DNA of 63,523 nucleotides, filler included, from Folioceros fuciformis (taxonomy: Eukaryota), in the NCBI GenBank assembly GCA_049999805.1. It is 17 parts of 17 records of this genome, joined end to end, with 100 filler letters (N's around TTAATTAATTAA, not from the genome) between each part and the next. Parts side by side here need not be neighbours in the genome. Positions count along the whole stretch, not along the records: positions 49,130 to 50,233 come from JBNGIO010003296.1; positions 50,334 to 52,336 come from JBNGIO010003297.1; positions 52,437 to 54,814 come from JBNGIO010003298.1; positions 54,915 to 56,179 come from JBNGIO010003299.1; positions 56,280 to 59,435 come from JBNGIO010003300.1; positions 59,536 to 62,247 come from JBNGIO010003302.1; 11 more parts are not named here. One strand, 5' to 3'. The notes beneath the pieces are model-generated. The model made no database searches. It had not been told where the DNA came from and was given only the letters and a program-made list of their open reading frames with translations. This document shows positions 49,137 to 59,537 of the stretch, piece after piece (positions within the stretch are counted from its first letter, which is position 1; the number at the start of each line of letters is the position of its first letter). Both the position numbers and the translations under genes were made by a program.

Positions 49137-50233
49137 GTTGGCCGTGGACCACAAACTGGATGTCTCCCTCTTTGAGGGACTGGTTGCCAGTGGTGTGGAA
49201 TACAAGTCTCTGGAGGTTCAAAGGAGAATGAGACCAACCATATCATCCCTCCTAACGCCAATCTATCCGTACCTCACAGACGATCCTTCGGTCAGCGCTT
49301 TCCCCGATGTGCGTGGTATGAAACATAATGTGTACTTTGTAGATCACCAGGAGGAGGAGAGCTCCGTCAGGGATTCAGACAATGGGTCTAAGGTGAACAA
49401 GGAGGAGGCAAAACTGATCGTGGAACTTTGCACCTACCTTTTGAAGCAGGACTGCTATTGTGCGAAGGACATCACAATTTTAAGCATGTACACCGGCCAG
49501 GTAAACAGCTCACAGATGATGTACAGTTTGTATCAAAGGAGACTGAGCGCACACAATCCTTTCGGTGCAGTAAGTTGGGTGTCCCTGACAAACTCGTTTG
49601 ATGTTCAGGTGGAAGAAATCAGGCGTCTCCTGAATGTGCGCGTGGGAGGTAGATGCCGGCCAAGGGCGATTGCAGCCGGGCATCCTAACCAGCAGGGTGA
49701 TTTGCCCAGAGTCACAAGCGTTGATGGTTTCCAGGGAGAGGAGAGCAAGATCGTTCTTCTGTCGTTGGTGCGGAATAACAAGCATGATAGGACTGGTGGA
49801 ATAGGGTTCCTCGACATACACAACAGGGTCTGTGTTGCCCTTTCCAGGGCAAAACATGGAATGTATATCTTCGGAAATGCAGATCTTCTTGCTGCGTGGA
49901 GTGAAATTCGGGGCACAATCACCGGAAACCTCCGACATTCCGGCCTGCTGGGCGCACAGCTGATCCTGTGTTGTCAGAATCATCCTGAGAGAGAGACCAG
50001 AGTGACACGAGCTGTTGATTTCACACAAGTTGAGGATGGGGGTTGTGGTCAGCCGTGCGAGTTCCAGTTACAATGTGGCCATGTTTGCCCTCGGCGGTGC
50101 CACCCTGGTAGCAATCATGAGCAAGCCGTCTGCTGTGAAAGCTGCTCAAAGCAGCATGAAACCTGTGAGCATACTTGTTCAAGGATATGCCACCATGGAT
50201 CTAGCTGCCCGCCCTGCACAGTTCTCATGAAAA
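49137..50233 (+). CDS. ZNFX1: ZNFX1/Hrr1-like SF1 (UPF1-like) RNA helicase with NF-X1-type zinc fingers, internal fragment
   Basis: LDVSLFE, VQRRMRPTIS, SKVNKEEA, ITILSMYTGQ, VDGFQGEE, LSLVRNN, RVCVALSRAKHG, then Cys/His repeats CGQPC...CGHVCPRRCH. In-frame 108-bp GT-AG intron at 49501-49608. Confidence 0.85.
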
Positions 50234-50333
50234 NNNNNNNNNNNNNNNNNNNNNNNNNNNNNNNNNNNNNNNNNNNNTTAATTAATTAANNNNNNNNNNN
50301 NNNNNNNNNNNNNNNNNNNNNNNNNNNNNNNNN

Positions 50334-51719
50334 GACATGAAGGACGTTCAACAGCTCCAATTTCCTCCCATGATGCAGCTACAAGGTAACCTTCCCTGTC
50401 CCTGCAATTGGAAGAGTGCTATCATCTCCAAGGAGTACTGACTGTACATCTTGATAATGCTGGTAATCACAAAACTGTGCACGATCATGGCAGATGTGCG
50501 CCGATGCACCCGAGTCTATGAACCAAGCAAGAGTGTGAGGGCCAGATGTTGTAAGACACACAGTCAATATGACCTGTGTCGGCTTCTTCCTAGAAGCTTG
50601 CACAGCATGTGCTTCCGGAGAGCCAGCACTCTCCTTTCTCGGCTCACCAGCTTGTCGCTTGCGACAATCTCGAGCCCAGTGGCCAGGTATGCCACACCAG
50701 TTACAATTTCCAGACTTTTTCTGATTACTTGAGCCTTGACCAGGTCCACTGAAATTGGACCTGCCGCCCCTGCTTGCACTCCAGCCTCCTCGTCCTCTTC
50801 TGTAGGGCTTGCCCCTACCAGCAAAGAGGGCTTGCTGGCCCTGCACTTGCTGTTTCCCAGAGCGAGAGGACAGCTGAGTTGCTTCCTCTTGAAGCATAGC
50901 CCCCACCACACCGTTAAATGTAAGGGGTTCAGCGTCAATCTTCAAAGCCTTTGAGAGACGAGCTTCGACCTTCGCCATGGCTTGCTGGCCGGTGACAAAG
51001 GGCTCGTAGCTCGGAGGAAGTGAATTCAACAATCTGCAACTGGCATCATAGTCGGTAATCTTCGTTCCTGTAGAACTTAGCTTGGCTCGGGCAATGCGAA
51101 AACGTGCAACATAGTGCTCCACTGTCTCACCCTCCTGCATTCTAAGAGAGTGGTATTTTGCTGATGCAGCCATGGAAGCCGCCATATCGTGGGATGCAAA
51201 CATCGTCGCCAGGTGCGTCCACATGTCCATGGCAGAGTCCCCAGGCCCATCGGAGGCTTGCCTCATCATCTCTGGAGACAAACCTGATCTAATCAGGTTC
51301 TTTGCTCGGATGTCAGCCAAATGCCAAACCGGCATGTCTGCGGAGGTTACATCAGGTTTGAGAGTCTCCCCATTCACCATGTGCCACAAATTCTTTTCTT
51401 CAAGTGTGCCTTGCATGCGCATCGCCCATATATCGTATTCGCTTCCAGTAACAAGGTGGTCCTTTTCCTTAAACCCGCCACTGGTAAGAGATTGAAGTGC
51501 CTGGAGCACATCCTCCCTCGCTTTGTTGTCTAAATCACCCATTCTTCTACTTGGATCTGACCAGTTGGTAGCTACTGACGCTCGTGCTGAATCAACATCC
51601 GTGCCCCCCGCAGACCTAGTGTCTGTGTTTAAATCTTCGTCATCAAGGTCTATCAGACCAGCTTCACTTGCAAGATGCTGCAGCCAGGTGGGCGTCCTGT
51701 ACAGCCCTTCTTCACTCAT
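50334..51719 (-). pseudogene. copia gag-protease
   Basis: YDIWAMRMQGTLEEKNLW, LRMQEGETVE, LLNSLPPSY, CNWCGIPGHWARDC, WFIDSGAS. Confidence 0.92.
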
Positions 51720-51734
51720 CAGCAGCTATCATTT

Positions 51735-52253
51735 TTAGACTCGACTTATTCGCTGTTGACACTGTGTGCAAATATTGTGATTTTGTTGGGTAGCAAGTGA
51801 CTCTAAGATTTTGGTTTGTTCCTGGATTTGCGGTTTTGCAAGAATGAACAACTTAGCATCTACTTGCTGCAGGTGGGAGTCAAGTCTAGTGATCTGGTCA
51901 GTAAGACTATCTAAGGTTGACAAGATGTGTTGGGTGCGACAAAGTGCAGTGCCGTTTATGTTATCCAGACGCTGGGTAAGGTGCTGCACAGAGGCAGTGA
52001 GAGACTCTTCCCTCTCCCTTCTCAAAGACTCAACCTGACGACACGCTGATTCTCTACGACTGTTCGCTAGAGACCTGCAGTAAGCATGAATGCTCGGATT
52101 GGGAGTGGCAAGGTGTGGAATTCTCTCAAGAAAGTTGTGCGGCCTACTGACGTGCTATCCCCTTGGTGAAGGGATGTTTGTGACTTCGTAAGGTGGGACT
52201 GTATGGAAAACTCTTCGCTGGTTTCCACGGCTGTGCCTCTGGCGTGGTGCCAT
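51735..52253 (-). pseudogene. ORF0: 172-codon accessory ORF immediately upstream of gag (one TAG)
   Basis: ATG at 52253 is in frame with listed ORF 51735-52025, with a single TAG at 52155-52157: MAPRQRHSRGNQRR...ASVQHLTQRLDNI...LDSLTDQITRLDSHLQQVDAKL...CTQC. Confidence 0.6.
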
Positions 52254-52517
52254 CTTCAAGCACCAGACTGGTTTTTGTTTGACATTTGTGCAGGCGCAAC
52301 TGCGCACGCCTTCCTCTCCGCTATTCTGAGGTTAGCNNNNNNNNNNNNNNNNNNNNNNNNNNNNNNNNNNNNNNNNNNNNTTAATTAATTAANNNNNNNN
52401 NNNNNNNNNNNNNNNNNNNNNNNNNNNNNNNNNNNNGAATCAGATCACAAGCCAGAGTCGGAGACGCGTGCACCTACCTCAGCCGATCCTGACATAAGTC
52501 TGAGATTGTAGACGCGC

Positions 52518-54814
52518 ATGAGCGCGCCCCCGACTCCATTGCCTCTTCCACCTACACCTCCCAAGCATACTATTAGAATACCAGGGAGAAGAGGAATGGC
52601 GACGGTCAATAACAACTACACAACCTTCGATTTTAAAGAAAAGGACAGGTTCTTAGGGAAAGACTTCGAAATTTGGGCTGCAAGGCTCAAATCTATATTA
52701 GAAGATAAAGAGATTTGGGGACATGTCACAGGTCAAACGGCCAGACCAGTCCCTGCAGATCCTGCACGTCCCACAGCAGCTGAAACCCGGGACATTACGG
52801 CCTGGGATAAGGATGAACAAAAAGCTAGAACAATTCTCATGCAAGCCCTGTCATCCAAAACCATGCATCACATGCTTAGTACAACCACGGCGAAGGAGGC
52901 CTGGGATCAAATCCAGGACAGCTATGCATCAAAAGACACTGTATCGCTAGTAATGGCAACTCAAAACTTTTACCAGCTCAAAATGACAGATGCAAATACG
53001 GTCGAGAAGCATGTGACTCAGTTCAGGGTGAATCGCTCCAAGCTAGCCACCTGGGGACAAATGTAACTGAGGAACACGCTGCTGTTATATTACTTTCCTC
53101 CCTACCAGCCTCTTGGTTTGCGTTCATCACCTCACAACAAGGCAGAGCAAATTTAATGGTAACGATGGTTATCTCAACCATGTATCAACATGAGAATACA
53201 AAGAAGTTAACTGGAGTAAATAATACCTCTGAGGGAGGAGGTGCCTTGTTTACGAGAGGCCGGTTTCAGAAGGGTAGGAAACCTTGGTAGCAGAACAGGG
53301 AAAACCAGCAGTCTGGTTCAAGTAATCCAAATTTCAACAAACGAGGATTCAAGTGCTCATACTGCAAAAAGCCGGGGCACTTTTGGAAAGAATGTCGTAA
53401 GAAGAAATTTGACGATAAAAAATGTGGTATATCCACAAATAAGTCCACTCAAAATCAACAAACGTCATCAGCAGGTTGCTTCATCGCTACATGCACCTTG
53501 TCAAGCGGAGTTGGACGGTTCAGTTTGGTATCTCGATTCTGGAGTGTCGAATCACTTCTGCTTCGATATAATAGTAATTGGAGACCTTGAACCCTTTGAT
53601 CCTCCGTGACAAGTAGCTCTGGGCGATGACCGTCTTTGTCCAATCCTAGGACAAGGCAAGGTTACGCTAAAGCTTATAACTGGGGCGACTATACAATTGT
53701 ACCCAGTTATGTATGTACCTGCATTGACCAAAAACCTCATGTCTACACTCAGCTTGATGTGGATGAGAGTCAGAGGGAGTACTGACACGGATCATGATGC
53801 CCATGATGGCTTTGATTTCACTGAATATCCAGAAGAACCTGGACAGCTAGAATCAAAGTTGGAGCTTAACCCGCCAAACTCACAGCTAAGACCACAAGCG
53901 CCTTCTGTACTGAATTCTCCGCGTGCGGGTGCTCCTAGGCCATCGGATCCAAGTGGAGGTAGTCAGGTGAGTGATCCATCCTACCGCTCACCATATGTTC
54001 CACATGATCATACACCACATCAGCGGGAAAATCAAAACAACAACCCGACTGAAGAAGAAGAGGAACTTAATGCACCTGAACCAAGACGTTCCACAAGATC
54101 TAGGCTGCCGAGAGAGCTGTGGCGAGAACCTCCTCTAACATATAACAGAGTTAGTTCACTTTCTATAGAAGCAAGTTTGGCAGCAGAAGAATCAGAGAGG
54201 AGAGGATCTAGCCACTTACAAAGAAGCTATTAGCGGTAAAAATGCAGAGAAATGGCAGCAATCCATTCAGAGGGAGCTGGATGCCTTGTCCAAAAATGAA
54301 ACTTGGACCCTGGTTCCCCTGCCACCAGGCCGCAAGCCGATTAAAACTAAATGGGTTTTTAAAACAAAATATAGAGCAGATGGAAGTATGGATAAACTGA
54401 AATCCCGTCTAGTCGTTAAGGGTTTCTCATAGAAACCAGGTGAAGATTACTTTGAAACTTTCTCACCAGTTGTGAGAATGAACTCTATGAGATATCTTAT
54501 TGCCTTGGCTGCATATAAAGACCTCGAATTACATCAGATGGATGTTCAGTCCGCGTTCCTCCATGGGATTATCGATGAGGATATCTATATGGAACTCCCA
54601 CAGGGTTATGCAGTCAAAGAGGGGCAAGAACACCTAGTATGTAAATTGAGAAAAGCTCTTTATGGGCTCAAGCAAAGCCCAAATCGCTGGTTTGCTTGCA
54701 TAAGGGATTATCTGGTTGAAATGGGTTTCAAATAGAATGCGTCTGACTTAAATGTCTTCCTCTTCAAAGATAATGAAGGCTTCGTAATTTTAGCACTCTA
54801 TGTCGACGATACCA
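52518..54814 (+). mobile_element. copia internal-deletion derivative (gag-PR-RT, integrase missing)
   Basis: Gag, CSYCKKPGHFWKEC, WYLDSGVS and YVPALTKNLMS, then a jump at about 53770 to the pre-RT linker (PRRSTR) and RT; no integrase motifs. Confidence 0.85.
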
Positions 54815-54914
54815 NNNNNNNNNNNNNNNNNNNNNNNNNNNNNNNNNNNNNNNNNNNNTTAATTAATTAANNNNNNNNNNNNNNNNNNNNNNNNNNNNNN
54901 NNNNNNNNNNNNNN

Positions 54915-54956
54915 CGATTCGCAAATGGTTGTTGCAGTTGTAAGGGTCGACCATGA
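54915..54956 (+). CDS. Last 13 codons of a second GRP-type PPR-DYW gene
   Basis: RFANGCCSCKGRP*, identical to 61206-61247; the ~800 bp downstream is also homologous to 61248-61988. Confidence 0.85.
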   Translation, partial: RFANGCCSCKGRP

Positions 54957-55883
54957 GAAAAATGAAGAAGTGAGTGTAGCCAGTGCCAGGCGGATTCCTA
55001 GTGGTCTTCGGATTCTTGTTGGTGGCAAGTACCATTGTTCGCCTAACAAGAAGAAGAAGAAGACGGAGAAGAAGCAGCAGAAGGAGAAGAAGAAGAATTG
55101 TATGATCGTGCACTTGAGAGCATTTCGCTCTGTGGGACTAGGTACTTCACAACTTTGTAGCAAGCCTAGCATGTATTCCCTCCACCCCTGCACACTCTTC
55201 ATGAGGAGCCCGTTGTACACGTGCTTTGCAGGGTCTCGTCAACTCCTTCTCCTTACCAATACTGCCGTATGTATATGATGCTGTACAGTGCAGGTGAAAG
55301 CACATAGGTAGCCAGTATGCCGACGAGTATCAAGGCACAAGAGCTTGGCAATTCACAGGATGCAGGTGAAACTAGCAACCCCAATTAGAACCCAGGCAGT
55401 GCGAGGCACATATCTAGACTTTTACTTAACGGCAATTCCTCGTATAGTCACATCCAGGACCGCGTTGCCGTTTCGGCCTTCAAGATACCAACTGACCCAA
55501 CGGCGTGATGAGAAACAGAGACCGTGATACCATGGCTCGTTTAAAATTTCGTGGCGTATGTAGGTTGGCATGCACTTAACGTTGACAAGTCTTAAATGAA
55601 AATCTTGTTTTTCTTATGGCAGTTGACAAGCATTTAACTGTTTTGTATATCTAAACTGAAACATAAAGTTACTACCAAATATCCCTCATATGGTCTAGTG
55701 GTCTGAAGTACCATTCCGACAGCTCGCCCACAGGTGTTATAGGACGGCTCACCCCTTTAGGCAGGACGGCTCACGGTTCACCCCTTCAGGCTGGTGTGGT
55801 CATACATACGTACAGTGTACCCGGCTGGGGAGCTGCCGAGACGAGAGTTGTGTGAGCGTTTTTCCGACAGCGGTCCCTGAAAG

Positions 55884-56179
55884 ATGGCCACAGTATGGCA
55901 ACCGGACCTGTTGTGGACCCAACAAATTGGAATTGGTGTGTGTACAAGGACTCTACCAGGAACCCCCGCTCACCTGAGCTTCGGGAGTGAACCCTTTGCA
56001 AACAAAGGCTCCAGGTGCAGCAGTGTGAGGAGCCCAGCACTTCCACCTCCGAGAACGAGAACGTGTGTGGGCAGGGACGGGTTTTCCGACGATGCTGGTA
56101 GTTGCCAGGAGCAGCAGGAGCAGCAGGAGCAGTTGTGGCAACAACTTTTTCTGGACCCTACCATGTGGTGGGATAACAG
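55884..56179 (+). CDS. N-terminus of a putative organelle-targeted protein with the start of an OSB-type PDF motif
   Basis: Ser/Arg/Pro-rich leader, then LWQQLFLDPTMWWDN(R), matching the PDF-motif start LW..FF..P..WWDNR; truncated by the contig end. Confidence 0.6.
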
Positions 56180-56279
56180 NNNNNNNNNNNNNNNNNNNNN
56201 NNNNNNNNNNNNNNNNNNNNNNNTTAATTAATTAANNNNNNNNNNNNNNNNNNNNNNNNNNNNNNNNNNNNNNNNNNNN

Positions 56280-59200
56280 GAGAGCCCAAGTCTGCCAATA
56301 TGGTAGTAGCTCCTAAGGCCAAAAATTAGTCTAAATCAGAGATTGCTCTTACTGTGTGCCTTGTTACCTCGGCACTCAAGACATCGTGGCTCCTTGACTC
56401 TGCGGCTACTGCTCACATTTGCAGTTCCAAGCATATGTTTACTACCTATGAGGTTTCTTCTGATCCTCCACGGTACGTGCTCCTAGGAGATGATTCCGGT
56501 CTTGCCATTCATGGCATAGGGACGGTAACCTTCAAATTAGAAGATGGTTCTATCCTTATGCTGAAGGATGTACTGTATGTTCCACAAATGGCCAAGAACC
56601 TTATCTCCATTCGTCATCTTGTGCACGATGGTTTTTATAAATTGGAGTTTGACAAATCCGCTTGTCTACTCTATCACTCCTCTCAGCCACACAAGGTGGT
56701 TGCTAGAGGTTGTCTTCATAGCAATCTCTATATCTTTTCAGGCACCCTTGTGTCTTCCTCCAGTGTTTCTGTGGTGGACTTGACTAAGGATGCAGTGGCT
56801 GCAAGGCACTCACCCTCCAAGCAAGCCTTTTTATGGCATTGTAGACTTGGGCACCTTAACTCTGCCAAGCTTCTTGCCATGTCCATGCAGGATCTCTACA
56901 GAGACAAGCTTCCCGTCTTGGCCAAGACTCCCCCATTTTGTGAAGCCTGCGTGTTGGCCAAGCAGCGTAGTGCTCCATACTCTAGTCTTCCTGCACATAG
57001 GGCGTCTCAGCCATTGGAACTAGTACATGTGGATCTGTGTGGACGTCTACCTGTACCTTCTTTAGGCGGAGCTCGCCATTTTATGACGATTGTTGATGAT
57101 TACTCTCGTTATACTTTCGTGTATCTGCTCCGTCTCAAGAGTGACTCCTTTGCTGTGTTCCAGCCTTTTGTCTCGATGGCCGAGTTGCACACAGGCTGCA
57201 AGCTGCGGTGCATTCGTTCAGACAATGCTGGGGAACTCAACAACCGGCTCTTCCAAGCCTTCTGTGAAGATAGAGGGATTACTCGCCAGTTTACTGTCCC
57301 TTACACTTCTTCTCATAATGGCGTTGCCGAGAAGGCCAACGGTGATCTTATGGCCATGGCTACAGCAATGCTCACTCAGTCTGGTTTGCCGAAGTCCTTT
57401 TGGGCTGAGGCTATCTCCACAGCTTCTTATATTAAGAACCGGCTGCTTACGAAGGCTGTTACTGGTCGTACACCTTTTGAATGCTGGTTTCAATACAAGC
57501 CTCTTATCTCTCACCTTCGGGTTTTTGGCTCTCCCGCCTATGCCTATATCCCCTCCCCTTTACGAGATAAGCTTTCTTCTCGTGCACAGAAACTTGTATT
57601 TGTTGGCTCTGGGGAGGACCACAAGGCTTATAAGTTAGTAGATACTCAATCTCATGCACCGGTCTATGCTCGTACGGTAACTTTTGACGAAGGCTCTGTG
57701 CTGTCTCATGGCCCTGTTCTGGATGGCGACGAGGATGATAGTTCTCACACTTCTAGCCCTCATCCCCTGGACGATCTATCCGTTTCCTTTGACTTTACTT
57801 CTTCGTCCTTTCCTGATGCTTCTGTTCCAGAGGCACCTTCATCTCAAGCAGCTCCGGATTCTCCGGATGCTGCTCGAGGGGGGGAAACTGACGATGATGA
57901 AGACGAAGACGTTGCATATCCAGACATAGATCCACCTACTTCAACTCCTGTACCAGATGTGCCTATGACAGGTGACAGGACAGGGGATAGTGCTCCAGAG
58001 CGGAGGTATCCTTCACGTTTAAGACAGCCAAGACATTTGTGGGGGGAAAAACCATTTGATTTAGAATTTAATCAAGCTGGATTTATTGGTGTTAATCCCA
58101 CTATGTATTCTCTAGCCATAACCTCTGCTCTTTCAGAGGGAGATCCTCTCACTCTTAGAGAAGCATATTCTAGACCGGTCGCTGACAAGTGGAAGTTAGC
58201 TGTTAATGATGAGTACAACTCTCTAGTCAAAAATAACACTTGGCAGTTAGTAGATCTTCCCTCAGGCAGGACTACAGTCAAGTGTAAGTGGGTGCTAAAA
58301 ACCAAGTTTCAAGAGGTAGAGCCCCGGATAAGATACAAAGCCCGGTTAGTGGCCAAGGGTTATAGTCAGCGAGAGGGAGTTGACTATAAGGGTGACCAGG
58401 TTTACTCACCTGTTGTCAAAGCAGCATCTATAAGAATGCTTCTGGCTCTGTGCGCTAAACTTAACCTTACCATTTATCAATTGGATGTCTGCACAGCCTT
58501 TCTGTATGGTCATTTAGAAGAAGAAATCTACATGGATCAGCCTGAGGACTATGAAGATAAGAAACATCCTCATAAGGTGTGTAAACTTCTACGCTCCATT
58601 TATGGGCTTAAACAAAGCCCACGCCTTTGGTACAAGCGAATTGATACATATCTTAAGAAGATTGGCTTTGTGCAAAGTGAAGCTGATACTAATCTCTATG
58701 TACTGTGACGAGACAGTTCACTTGTTTTAATAGCATTATATGTTGATGACTTAGTCATCCCTGGAAATAATGTGGAGCTGGTTAACCAGATCAAGGCAGA
58801 TCTCAGTAAAGAATTGGAGATGAAAGACCTTGGTCAAGTTAAGTATATTCTAGGTATGCATGTTCATAAAGATAGGTCTACAGGAGCTATCTATCTTCAT
58901 CAGGGAAGATATGTAGCTGGAATGTTGAAGAAGTTTAACTTGGAACATGCATGAGCCGCTGCTACTCCAGGTGCCATTGGCACTAAGCTGTCCTTCTCAT
59001 CCTGTCCGCAGTCTGAAGAGGATAGAAAGGAGATGGAGAGTGTGCCATATCGAATGGCAGTAGGCACTCTCATGTTCCTAAGCAACTGGACCAGACCAGA
59101 TATATCTAACACTGTGAATGCAGTTGCACAATTCTTTGAGAATCCAGGAAGAGACCACTGGGTTGCAGTTAAAAGAATAATGCGATACCTTGAGGGTACT

Positions 59201-59435
59201 CCTAATTTCGGTCTCTGTTACAAACCCAGCGGGAAAAAGGATCTACAGCTCAGCTGTTATGTAGATGCTGATTGGGCTTCTGATGCTGATACCCGCAAAA
59301 GCCTTTCTGCTTACTGTTTTCTGGTTGGCTCCACAGTAATAAACTGGTCTTGCAGGAAACAAGCCTCCATATCTTTGTCTTCTACAGTATCAGAGTACAA
59401 GGCATTGACAGAAGCTACAAAGGAGGCTGAGTGGG
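56280..59435 (+). pseudogene. copia pol (PR-INT-RT-RH), same lineage as 27569-30776
   Basis: 784-aa ORF with WLLDSAAT, LWHCRLGH, VDDYSRY, RSDNAGE, KTKFQEVEPRIRYKARL; two in-frame TGA at 58706 and 58952. Confidence 0.95.
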
Positions 59436-59537
59436 NNNNNNNNNNNNNNNNNNNNNNNNNNNNNNNNNNNNNNNNNNNNTTAATTAATTAANNNNNNNNN
59501 NNNNNNNNNNNNNNNNNNNNNNNNNNNNNNNNNNNCG

